Assembly (NCBI GenBank): GCA_049968255.1 | Contig: JBMFRB010000006.1 | Location: forward strand, 1,034 to 65,033 | Length of the DNA: 64,000 bases | Direction: 5' to 3' | Origin: Candidatus Sumerlaeaceae bacterium | GTDB lineage: Bacteria > Sumerlaeota > Sumerlaeia > Sumerlaeales > Sumerlaeaceae | Part shown: positions 10,929 to 19,558 of the stretch, in pieces | Position numbering within the stretch: position 1 is the first letter of the stretch | How the letters are laid out: the number at the start of each line of letters is the position of its first letter | The notes under the pieces: generated by a model | What the model saw: the letters and a program-made list of their open reading frames with translations, nothing else | What the model was told of the DNA's origin: nothing | Databases searched by the model: none | Translations under genes and position numbers: made by a program

Positions 10929-12512
10929 TTAGCGAGTGAGCTGATCTAGCTGGCGAATGCGAACGTGTGCGGTCTGGGCTTCGACTGAATCCGGGGCCTC
11001 TTCGATGAGCTTTCGATATTCGGCAATAGCACGTTCGTACTTGCCGGCGTCCTCAAGCAGAAGTCCGTAGGTAAGGCGGAGGTTTTTGCATCCTTCGTAG
11101 GTTGGGAATTGGGCAAGGACCTTCTCGATCGTCGAGACTGCTCGAACATTGTCGCCGAGCGCGATGAGGGAATGGACGAGCAATTCGAGAAGTTCTGGCG
11201 CGTTCTGCGTCAAGGGCGAGTTTTCGAGCTTGGCGATAGCTGCAGCATAATTGCGGTCGCGGAAATCGCGTTCAGCATCTTCACGAAGACGTTTAATAGC
11301 TTGCTGAAGATCAGCTGTGTTCAGGAATCCGACACTATTGCTGGTGGCCGGCGATTCCGTGGGTTGCGGCTGCGCGTCGCCAGGAGCGATAACTCCGCGC
11401 AACTCTAACTCCGTGAGATAATCAGAGCGTGGGAAAAATTTGCGCAGAAGGGAAATGTCCTCGGCGACAGCGGATGGGTCAGTATCGAGTAGCGCAGCCA
11501 TGAACAGCGCACGGGCGGCGAGTCGTGACGTGGGATAGCGTTGTGCGAACGCGCGGAAAGCGCGGCCCGCCTCGGCGGATTTGCCTTCGCGACCTGCGGT
11601 AAGGGCTGCAAGATATTCGTTACGCGCGTTTTCGTTTGGTTCGAGCTCGGAACTTGGTGGGACGAAATCAGCACTGGTAAGCCGAGGAAAGGTGACGCGA
11701 AAAGCCGACGGGGAAGCGGCTATGGTGGCTTGTGGCACGGCGGAAACGGGAGTGGGTGAAAGTTGTGGTGTCGCGGATGATGAGAAAGTTTGGGCCGGCA
11801 AGGGTACGGTCGGCATTACAAGCGGTGGCGTTGCTTGCGAAAGCGGCGGTCGCCAACTCGGCGCAGCGGGTGTGGTGAACGATTTTGCTGATTCGGGACT
11901 TATGAGGATGCCTCTTTTCGCAGGCGGCAAGGCGTCGGTGCGAGAAACGCCACCCGCGGCACCGAGATCAGAATTTTTAGGGATTTCGGGTGTTGGAGAC
12001 TGTCGGTGCGCTGGCGTTGGTGTAATCTGGGAAGCAAGGGTGCCATCCTCCGGGCTGGGTGGAGGCAAAATAACGGGTGGCGTCGGTGTCGGCTGTTCGA
12101 GCTCATGCTGTTCCGTGAGCCTTGAGCGTGACTCGGGCAACAAGCGGCCGATGAGAGGCAGCTTTGAGATAAGCGATCGACGCGGGGCTGGAGTGGGTGC
12201 CTCAGAGGCTTCGCCTGGTGAAGGTGATTCGGTCGGCGTCACGCCGCTTTTGGGACTCTCACTCGATGTTGAGGACTCTGGCCAGGGGGTAGCGCCATCA
12301 GGCAAGGCCTCCAGCGAGCGCGTGGCGGGGGGCACAGGTGTGGCGCGATCCAGAGGAAACTGGACGCGCGGAACCTGACGCAGCAGCGAGACTGGATCCG
12401 TCGTCGTTTGCGCTGACGCAAGGATCGCAATACTCACAAGACATGCGGTGGCAATAGCTATTGCCCACGTTCGCTCAGTTCGGATTGCTCTGCACACAAG
12501 CACAGTTTTCAT
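10929..12512 (-). CDS. Secreted TPR protein (CpoB/BamD-like repeats) with a long Pro/Ser/Thr-rich N-terminal region
   Basis: Signal-like AIAIATACLVSIAILASA; EYLAAL...AFAQRYPTSRLAARALF and YERAIAEYRKLIEEAPDS TPR-like helices. Start set at ATG 12512 (track 12608). Confidence 0.8.
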   Translation of the reverse strand: MKTVLVCRAIRTERTWAIAIATACLVSIAILASAQTTTDPVSLLRQVPRVQFPLDRATPVPPATRSLEALPDGATPWPESSTSSESPKSGVTPTESPSPGEASEAPTPAPRRSLISKLPLIGRLLPESRSRLTEQHELEQPTPTPPVILPPPSPEDGTLASQITPTPAHRQSPTPEIPKNSDLGAAGGVSRTDALPPAKRGILISPESAKSFTTPAAPSWRPPLSQATPPLVMPTVPLPAQTFSSSATPQLSPTPVSAVPQATIAASPSAFRVTFPRLTSADFVPPSSELEPNENARNEYLAALTAGREGKSAEAGRAFRAFAQRYPTSRLAARALFMAALLDTDPSAVAEDISLLRKFFPRSDYLTELELRGVIAPGDAQPQPTESPATSNSVGFLNTADLQQAIKRLREDAERDFRDRNYAAAIAKLENSPLTQNAPELLELLVHSLIALGDNVRAVSTIEKVLAQFPTYEGCKNLRLTYGLLLEDAGKYERAIAEYRKLIEEAPDSVEAQTAHVRIRQLDQLTR

Positions 12513-12676
12513 TTTCGTGTTTCTTCCCGTCGACAATTCAGGGGGCGACAGCCCGCACTCTCTTCCCCTCTGCTTGGAGCAAAGAACAGACCAGGCCACG
12601 GCCAGCAAAGGCGGCGGGGAAATCTATCTCATCTTAACTTGAAACCAAACCCGTCACCTTATTCGCATTTCTAGGA

Positions 12677-13273
12677 ATGTGGATGATATCGATAAGAACA
12701 GAACGGGTGCGAACGAATGTTGGGCTCGCGACAGCTGTCGTGGGAGCATTGCTTTTCTCGGGATGTGGAGGAACTCAGGAGAACGTAGAAGTGCAGCGCA
12801 AGCTTGTGCGCGCCGAAACGACATCGACGCCGCGGCCAGAGAAAGGGAAGCCCCTGGCGCCTCGCCCCGCAGCGAAAGCCGTCAAGAGCGCGACTTCTTT
12901 GAAACCTACCCCGTCGCGTAAGCCCGGGGCGCCAGAGAAGACGGTCCAGAGCTTGTCGGCTCAGAAGGTGTCGCCGACTCCATCCCCCTCGCCGCGAAAG
13001 GCGATGCTGCTCGTCACAAGCCATACCCTCTCGGAAATTGATCCTCACGTCGCTAAGGACTACCGGATTGAAGGCAACGGTTTGGGAACAAGCCGGGTAT
13101 ATCTTCGCCGCTACGGCGTGGAGACGGAGCTAGTGCCCACGATGAGAAGCGAATCGCTCATTGAGTTTGCGCGTGCCGAGTGGCTTTTCCTTGCGCCAGG
13201 GGCCTACGACATCGTGCTGCGTGACACCGACGGCCAGGAGCTCATTTTGCCGGAGGGCGCTCGGGTGAATTAG
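12677..13273 (+). CDS. Lipoprotein with Pro/Lys-rich linker and C-terminal IPT/TIG-like Ig domain
   Basis: Lipobox LFSG-C; the C-terminus TLSEIDP..RIEGNGL..V...LAPGAYDIVLRDTDGQ..LPEGARVN follows the IPT/TIG pattern. Confidence 0.7.
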   Translation: MWMISIRTERVRTNVGLATAVVGALLFSGCGGTQENVEVQRKLVRAETTSTPRPEKGKPLAPRPAAKAVKSATSLKPTPSRKPGAPEKTVQSLSAQKVSPTPSPSPRKAMLLVTSHTLSEIDPHVAKDYRIEGNGLGTSRVYLRRYGVETELVPTMRSESLIEFARAEWLFLAPGAYDIVLRDTDGQELILPEGARVN

Positions 13274-13308
13274 GCCCGTATGTGTTTGCGAGAGACGACG
13301 AAGATGCT

Positions 13309-13348
13309 AAGAAAAATCCGACGCATTCCCTGAGGGGGAAGGCGCCGG
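13309..13348 (-). terminator. Rho-independent terminator of rpsB
   Basis: Minus strand CCGGCGCCTTCCC-CCTCA-GGGAATGCGTCGG followed by ATTTTTCTT, about 40 nt after the rpsB stop. Confidence 0.7.
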
Positions 13349-13389
13349 AACTTTTGCTCTGAGACGCAAAGACCGCTCGAGCAAGGTGG

Positions 13390-14265
13390 TTAGGCTTTTT
13401 CCTCTTCGTCAGGAACTTCTTCTTCCTCTACTGGTTCAGGAGCATCGGGAGCAAAGTAGTCAATCTCTTCTTCTTCGTCGGAGATTTCTTCGTCGTAACG
13501 CAGGCGACGCTCAAGGCTCTCGATATCCACTGTAGGCGGAGGCGTCGGCAGCTCGGTTTGGAGCTCGAGCCCACTGCCTGCACGGGTGAGCAGACCTTCG
13601 CTCACAGCTTCAGCGATTTTTTGCGAAATGAGTTTGACGGCACGAATCGCGTCGTCGTTGCCGGGGATGACCCAATCAACCAAATCAGGATCGCAGTTCG
13701 TATCCACGATGGCGACCACAGGAATGCCTAATTTACGGGCCTCTTTGACGGCAATTTCTTCTTTGTGGGGATCCACAACAAAGAGCACGCCAGGAAGCTT
13801 GTCCATTTTCTTGACGCCAGCAAGGTTCTTTTCGAGGCCGGTTTTCTCACGCAGAATCATGGCCTGTTCTTTTTTGGAATACTGGCTGATTGTGCCATCC
13901 TCAACCATTCGCTCGATTTCGAGCAGGCGCATCACACTGCGGCGGATCGTGCGGAAGTTGGTCAGCATCCCACCGAGCCAACGGTTGTTCACGTAGAACA
14001 TGTTGCAGCTCGTGGCCGCTTCGCAGATGGAATCTTTGGCCTGTTTTTTGGTGCCGACGAAGAGAACAGTTTTGCCATCGGCGACGGCGTCGCGCACGAA
14101 CCGGCATGCCTCGCGCAACATTTTGAGGGTTTTCTTGAGGTCAATGATATAAATGCCGTTGCGCTCGGTGAAGATGTAAGGTTTCATCTTCGGATTCCAG
14201 CGCCGGCTTTGGTGGCCGAAGTGGACACCGGCCTCAAGCAATTGCTTCATGCTGATGTTGACCAT
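13390..14265 (-). CDS. rpsB: 30S ribosomal protein S2
   Basis: [60 protein letters not shown]; acidic C-terminal tail. Confidence 0.99.
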   Translation of the reverse strand: MVNISMKQLLEAGVHFGHQSRRWNPKMKPYIFTERNGIYIIDLKKTLKMLREACRFVRDAVADGKTVLFVGTKKQAKDSICEAATSCNMFYVNNRWLGGMLTNFRTIRRSVMRLLEIERMVEDGTISQYSKKEQAMILREKTGLEKNLAGVKKMDKLPGVLFVVDPHKEEIAVKEARKLGIPVVAIVDTNCDPDLVDWVIPGNDDAIRAVKLISQKIAEAVSEGLLTRAGSGLELQTELPTPPPTVDIESLERRLRYDEEISDEEEEIDYFAPDAPEPVEEEEVPDEEEKA

Positions 14266-14406
14266 GAGAAACTCCTTTCGGGTTTTTCCTCCGCAGCGAC
14301 GTGGGGATTTGACGCTCGGGGGTCAACAGCCGCGAGCGCACCCGCATCCCTGGCCAGCTGCGTGCGTAGTTGAAGTTGGCAGAACAGCGGGGAGCCGATC
14401 CACCGC
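14266..14406 (-). promoter_or_regulatory. rpsB 5' leader, candidate S2 autogenous control RNA
   Basis: Minus strand ...CACGC...GCTGCGGAGGAAAAACCCGAAAGGAG-N6-ATG resembles conserved rpsB leader elements as I recall them; about 140 nt long given the promoter below. Confidence 0.65.
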
Positions 14407-14412
14407 GCTGTG

Positions 14413-14440
14413 AATATACCACAGTGCAGCTCTTATTCAA
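14413..14440 (-). promoter_or_regulatory. sigma70-type promoter of rpsB
   Basis: TTGAAT-N16-TATATT with an extended -10 TGn on the minus strand. Confidence 0.7.
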
Positions 14441-14625
14441 GGCTTTCTGTCAGCAGACCGAGAAACCTGGCCTGACCAGAGCCACAACGTGCGGCGAGAT
14501 CTTTCATCATACGCGAGAAGTTGTGCTTCGTGGATGGGTAGGAGTGCGTGGTGCAACTTGCATGGGCCATATCGTGTTCGTGCTTGCGCATGAAACTTTT
14601 GCTGTCTCGTTAGTTCGCCAACGCC

Positions 14626-15321
14626 ATGAATGAACAGCACAATTTGGGATCCATGAGCGAGGTTGGGATGCGCCGGGTACGGGGTGGTTTATTGTTAGCC
14701 TTTGAGGGCATTGATGGTGCCGGAAAAACTACCCAGGCCCGCGCGGCTGTGGATGAGCTGCGGCAGCGCGGGTTCGACGCCATTTATTTGAAAGAGCCGA
14801 CAGATGGGCCGCACGGAAGTCGGTTGCGTCAGTTGATGGCAGCGGGGCGCGACAAGATTTCGCCCCAAGAGGAATTTGAGCTTTTTTTGGCCGATCGAGC
14901 AGAGGACGTCGAGCAGAACATTCGACCTGCCCTTGAGCGCGGACAAATTGTGTGCATTGATCGCTACTATCCATCTTCTATGGCCTATCAAGGTGCGCTT
15001 GGGCTTGATCCAGAGGCTATTCGCGAAGCGAACGAACGGATTGCTCCGCGGCCGGATATCATTCTCTATTTTCGGCTGCCTGCGGAGGTGGGGACGAAGC
15101 GTATTCTGGCCTCGCGCAGCGAGGGACAGAACCTGTTCGAGCATCAGGCTTACTTGGAAAAGGTTGCAGAAATTTTTGAGAGTATGAGTTTTCCCGAAAT
15201 GGTGAGGCTGGAAGCCTCGCTGCCGATGGAGACTCTGCATCAACTGGTCATGCGGATCATCGAGGGAGCGATCGCCGGACGCGAGGTGTTCAAAGTTTCC
15301 GCAACACGCGAGGATCCCTGA
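14626..15321 (+). CDS. tmk: Thymidylate kinase
   Basis: AFEGIDGAGKTTQ P-loop, KEPT, LFLADR, DRYYPSSMAYQG, PDIILY. Start could be 14653. Confidence 0.93.
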   Translation: MNEQHNLGSMSEVGMRRVRGGLLLAFEGIDGAGKTTQARAAVDELRQRGFDAIYLKEPTDGPHGSRLRQLMAAGRDKISPQEEFELFLADRAEDVEQNIRPALERGQIVCIDRYYPSSMAYQGALGLDPEAIREANERIAPRPDIILYFRLPAEVGTKRILASRSEGQNLFEHQAYLEKVAEIFESMSFPEMVRLEASLPMETLHQLVMRIIEGAIAGREVFKVSATREDP

Positions 15322-15396
15322 TTTTTTTCTTGCGGCAAAAGTAGTTTTTGCTGCGTGTCGTGATCTGACGACGATAACTTAGAGGAGTTCACAGAG

Positions 15397-15729
15397 ATGA
15401 AGCGATTACTGTCGGCAATTGTTCTAGCAGTTTTTGCGTTGACACTGAGTGGATGCGATACCACGACGGCGAGCGCGCCAGGCAACACTACGTTGGGTTC
15501 GGCGGCGGTCGGGGGGCTTGGCGGCGCAGCCGTGGGTGCACTTGCAAGCAAGAATAAAGGCAAAGGAGCTTTGATCGGCGGGGCCGTGGGAACACTCGGC
15601 GGAGCGCTGGTTGGGCAACAAATGGAAGCCAACCGCGATCGGCAAAAGCTGCAGAAACTTGAGCAAGAGCGGGCTTACGAGCAAGGCTACACGGACGCTC
15701 AGCAGGCTCCCCCACCGCGCAAATACTAA
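15397..15729 (+). CDS. Glycine-zipper lipoprotein
   Basis: Lipobox LSG-C; GSAAVGGLGGAAVGAL...GALIGGAVGTLGGALVG glycine zipper. Confidence 0.85.
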   Translation: MKRLLSAIVLAVFALTLSGCDTTTASAPGNTTLGSAAVGGLGGAAVGALASKNKGKGALIGGAVGTLGGALVGQQMEANRDRQKLQKLEQERAYEQGYTDAQQAPPPRKY

Positions 15730-15754
15730 TTGACCCGACACAATAAGTTTCTGT

Positions 15755-15795
15755 GCCCCGTCATGATGTGCAGTCGTGGCGGGGCTGTTTTATTT
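15755..15795 (+). terminator. Rho-independent terminator
   Basis: GCCCCGTCATGA-TGTGCAG-TCGTGGCGGGGC 12-bp stem with G-U pairs, then TGTTTTATTT. Confidence 0.7.
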
Positions 15796-15881
15796 GCTGA
15801 GAGGAGGGGCGAGCTTTGCCTCAGGCAAAGTTTGTCTGACAACGGGGGAGATTCTCGGCCGCTAGCTAACGAAGCGATGAA

Positions 15882-16205
15882 TCATTGTGATTTGGCGGGC
15901 TGTTTCGAAAGAACACGCCGAATCGTTTGTTGCCGGCGTTCCAGTCGTTCGAGAGCAGGAAGGTAGCGCTCGGCCTCGATGTCAGCACTGCGCAAATCGA
16001 GAACTTCTTTCGAGTCATTTCGCGAAGACGGCATGGCAGGAGCCGAGGTGCCCAGCATGGCTTTGGCTTTTTCGATATGCGACTCGGCGGAATCGCAAGC
16101 CGAACAAACTAGAGATAGTAAAATCAGAGCAACCAACATCCATCCACCTCGATCGCTGCACCTCGCTTCGCCGGGTGCACCGGTGAGATCCGTGCTATGA
16201 TGCAT
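15882..16205 (-). CDS. Hypothetical small lipoprotein
   Basis: Hydrophobic LVALILLSLV followed by CSA-C lipobox-like motif and a helical tail. Start uncertain (track 16277). Confidence 0.5.
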   Translation of the reverse strand: MHHSTDLTGAPGEARCSDRGGWMLVALILLSLVCSACDSAESHIEKAKAMLGTSAPAMPSSRNDSKEVLDLRSADIEAERYLPALERLERRQQTIRRVLSKQPAKSQ

Positions 16206-16354
16206 TGTATCACTCACGACAAAAGAGCTTACGGTTGTGGGCAGTTGCCTGACAATGAGAATTACATAAAAACGCAAATGCCTTCGTGCTGGGCAACGAG
16301 TTTAGGAGAAAACGCAATTGCACTAAACGGCGGGTTGCAGCGAGACTTGCTCGC

Positions 16355-17899
16355 ATGAAAGAGCGAGACGAGCAGACAGACCGCGAACTTGAAAGTCGGA
16401 TTTCACAGCGGGTGAGAGTGCGCCTGCTGGTGGTATTTCCGCTGCTTATCGTGTTGCTGCTCTCCATCGTCTCGGGGATTTTCTACCAGCTTGTGGAGGC
16501 GGAGTTTGGTCTGCCACAGCCAGGGAGAAGCGCCAAAGCCGTGAGTGAAGCTCGGCTAGGGACGTTCGCCCAAACGTGGATCTATGTCATGATTGGGCTG
16601 GATGTGGCCGGGGCGGTCATTGGATTTGCGATCGCTTATTCCATCACGACTCCAATCCGTCGGATCGTCAAGGTCAGCCAGCGGGTGGCAACAGGAGATT
16701 TGTCGCAGCGGTCAAACATCGATCGCCTCGATGATTTTGCCATGTTGGGCCGAAGCTTCGATTCGATGGTGGATTCGCTCAATCGTTTCATCGAGCTTCG
16801 CAATCGCTTCATCCTGGACAGTTTTTCGGGTGGCCTCGTCACGCTGGATTCGCATGGAACCATTTTCGCGATGAATACGGCAGCAGAGCGGCTGCTGGGA
16901 ATTGATTCCGCGCAGGTAACGGGTTGCCATTTTGAAGAAGTTCTTCGCGCTTCAGCCTACGACGAGCTTCGCCACGCAGTTCGCACGGCTCTTTGGGAAA
17001 AGGAAGCTCTCCACTCAAGGCGAGTGGCAATTTCGCAGCCGGACGGAACTCGGAAGGTGCTAGCACTCAATGCATCGCCCATGCGGGACCGCAATGGGGC
17101 GTTTTTCGGTGTTACTGTGAATTTTCGGGACATTGAAGAATGGGAACGGTTCCACCGCCAGCTAGCGCGCACCGATCAGTTGGCCGCCTTGGGAACTTTT
17201 GCCGCTGGTCTGGCACACGAGCTGCGCAATCCCTTGGGAGCAATTCGCGGCTTAGCACAGCTCCTTGGTGAGGAGCCAACACTTCCGGAACGTTGCAAGG
17301 AATATGTGCGGGTCATCATAAAGGAATGCGAGCGACTTGATAGCCTTGTGCGTGAAGTTCAGGAGTTCGCCCAGCCCAGTTCCGATCCAGAAACTGAGGT
17401 TGATGTGAACGAAATTGTGCGGCAAGCCTTGGTGCTGGTGAAATGCAACAAGGGCCATCCCCGTCGTGAAGGGGTAAAATTCTGCGAGCTATTCGAACCT
17501 TTGCCGAAAATTCGCGGCAACGGCCAGCGGCTTTTGCAAGCAGTCATGAATATCGTGGTCAACGCGATCGAGGCAACGGAACCAGGCGGTGAGATTCGCA
17601 TCCGAACGCGGCTTAGGCGATCGAAATCGTTGTCGATTCTGATCGAGATTGAAAATACTGGACCAACACTTGACGAGCAAGTGCTGCGCAAGGTGTTTGA
17701 GCCATTTTATACGACGAAAGACACAGGCACTGGGCTGGGACTAGCCATTGCGCAGCAAATTGTCGCAAATCATAGCGGCAGTCTTAGCATCGAAAACATA
17801 GTTGGCGGGGTGCGAGTGACGATTGAGCTTCCTACCCCCAAGGATCATATGGACAACGAGATTGCGAAGCAACAATTGCAATCGGTGAACGGGACGTGA
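16355..17899 (+). CDS. Sensor histidine kinase (2 TM, HAMP, PAS, HisKA, HATPase)
   Basis: AHELRNPL H-box, NIVVNAIEA N-box, FEPFYTTK F-box, GTGLGLAI G2-box; overlaps the regulator by 4 nt. Start set at ATG 16355 (track 16286). Confidence 0.93.
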   Translation: MKERDEQTDRELESRISQRVRVRLLVVFPLLIVLLLSIVSGIFYQLVEAEFGLPQPGRSAKAVSEARLGTFAQTWIYVMIGLDVAGAVIGFAIAYSITTPIRRIVKVSQRVATGDLSQRSNIDRLDDFAMLGRSFDSMVDSLNRFIELRNRFILDSFSGGLVTLDSHGTIFAMNTAAERLLGIDSAQVTGCHFEEVLRASAYDELRHAVRTALWEKEALHSRRVAISQPDGTRKVLALNASPMRDRNGAFFGVTVNFRDIEEWERFHRQLARTDQLAALGTFAAGLAHELRNPLGAIRGLAQLLGEEPTLPERCKEYVRVIIKECERLDSLVREVQEFAQPSSDPETEVDVNEIVRQALVLVKCNKGHPRREGVKFCELFEPLPKIRGNGQRLLQAVMNIVVNAIEATEPGGEIRIRTRLRRSKSLSILIEIENTGPTLDEQVLRKVFEPFYTTKDTGTGLGLAIAQQIVANHSGSLSIENIVGGVRVTIELPTPKDHMDNEIAKQQLQSVNGT

Positions 17900-19347
17900 C
17901 TACTCGCATTTTGATTGCAGAAGATGACCAAGCGCAGCGCTTCATGCTGACAGAAGCGCTTTCGCGCGAAGGCTATGAGACTGTTGCAGCTCGCGATGGG
18001 GCGGAGGCTGTCGAGCAAGTGCGGACTGGCGATTTTGATGTGGTGCTACTTGATATCCGAATGCCGCGCATGGACGGGCTGGAAGCGCTGCGACAGATTC
18101 ACGGCATGCGGCCAGATTTACCTGTTATCATATTAACAGCATATGGCTCATCCGATATCGCGTTGCGGGCCATTAAGGAGGGAGCCTATGACTATTTCAC
18201 GAAACCGGCGAACTTGGACGAATTGCGGTTTGTGGTGCGGCGTGCTGCCGAGAAAAGAGAGCTGCAGCGCCAATTACAACGGCTCGAACATCAGCTGCGG
18301 GAGCGCCTTTCGTTCGATCGGTTGGTGGGACAAAGCGAAGCGATGCAACGTATATTCGATTTGCTCCGAAAAGTTGTGACAACCGACGTCACAGTTCTCG
18401 TCACGGGAGAATCTGGAACAGGCAAGGAGCTGGTGGCCCAGGCGATTCATTATCACAGCGCACGGCAAAAGAAACCGTTTGTGAGCGTAAACTGTGCTGC
18501 GATCCCGGAGACGCTACTAGAAAGCGAGCTCTTTGGCTACGAACGCGGAGCATTCACTGGTGCGACGGGGACAAAGCTGGGCCAGTTCGAAATAGCCAAT
18601 GGGGGCACAATCTTTTTGGATGAGATTGGCGACATGTCGCTAGCTCTCCAATCGAAACTTCTGCGGGTGTTGCAGGAGCGCGAAATTGTACGGATTGGAG
18701 GCACGAAGCCCATTCGTGTGGACATCCGCGTGATCGCAGCGACGAATCGCAACCTTGCCGAATTAGTGGCGCGCGGAGCGTTCCGCGAGGACCTGTTCTA
18801 TCGGCTCAATGTGGTGCCTATCGCGTTGCCTCCTCTACGCGAACGCACAGGCGACATTCCCCTCTTGGTCCATCATTTCCTCAAAGTGTATAACCCACGA
18901 CTGAATAAGAATATCACGGGCGTGACGCATTCAGCGATGGAAGTGATGGAGCGCTATCCGTGGCCTGGCAACGTGCGCGAACTGGAGAATGTCATCCTGC
19001 GCGCCATGACCCTGGCAACGGATTGTGTCATTACAGAGGCTGATCTGCCACCGAATCTCTTTGAAAGACAAAGCCCTTCCCTTTCGCACAAGTTAGGCAA
19101 CGGGCTGGAGCTGGGCAATCTGCAGGCGTCGTTTGAAGATTTTTCCATTCCGCTGCAGGAAAAAATAGAACGCCTCACAGAACACCTTGAAAAGCACATT
19201 ATTATTGCAGCTCTGAAAAAGGCCAACTTCCGCCGTCAAGAGACGGCCGATTTGTTGGGAATTTCGCGCAAATCGCTTCACAACAAAATGGTGAAGTATA
19301 ATCTTTTTGGGCTTCAGAACGACGCGACAACAGCGAGCGAGGTCTGA
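17896..19347 (+). CDS. sigma54-dependent response regulator (NtrC/AtoC family)
   Basis: Receiver (LLDIRMP), GESGTGKE, ESELFGYERGAFTGA, FLDEIG, WPGNVRELEN, C-terminal Fis-type HTH. Confidence 0.96.
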   Translation: MTTRILIAEDDQAQRFMLTEALSREGYETVAARDGAEAVEQVRTGDFDVVLLDIRMPRMDGLEALRQIHGMRPDLPVIILTAYGSSDIALRAIKEGAYDYFTKPANLDELRFVVRRAAEKRELQRQLQRLEHQLRERLSFDRLVGQSEAMQRIFDLLRKVVTTDVTVLVTGESGTGKELVAQAIHYHSARQKKPFVSVNCAAIPETLLESELFGYERGAFTGATGTKLGQFEIANGGTIFLDEIGDMSLALQSKLLRVLQEREIVRIGGTKPIRVDIRVIAATNRNLAELVARGAFREDLFYRLNVVPIALPPLRERTGDIPLLVHHFLKVYNPRLNKNITGVTHSAMEVMERYPWPGNVRELENVILRAMTLATDCVITEADLPPNLFERQSPSLSHKLGNGLELGNLQASFEDFSIPLQEKIERLTEHLEKHIIIAALKKANFRRQETADLLGISRKSLHNKMVKYNLFGLQNDATTASEV

Positions 19348-19558
19348 ATTGAACCAAGCGGGGAGCACTCTCAGCAGCCAGCTACGCCAAAAGAGCGGAA
19401 GAGGGCTTGGCCCATAGGAGTGCGGATCCTCGCGTGTCGGCAAAAGAGTGCTGATAAGCGTTATGATGAAGGCGTGCTGCGAACTCCGCAAGAATGTTGG
19501 CGTGTAGCCTTTGGGATAGCAGCTCCGTCACAGACCTCAGGCGTTCTCTCGCGATGGA

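Noticed and set aside
19348-19558. Imperfect long-range inverted repeats (GCTACGCCA/TGGCGTGTAGC; AGCACTCT/AGAGTGCT) between convergent genes, considered as 6S RNA or CIRCE
   Set aside because: The stems are mutually exclusive and short, no 6S, SRP or tmRNA motifs are recognisable, and CIRCE spacing is wrong. An Infernal search would settle it.
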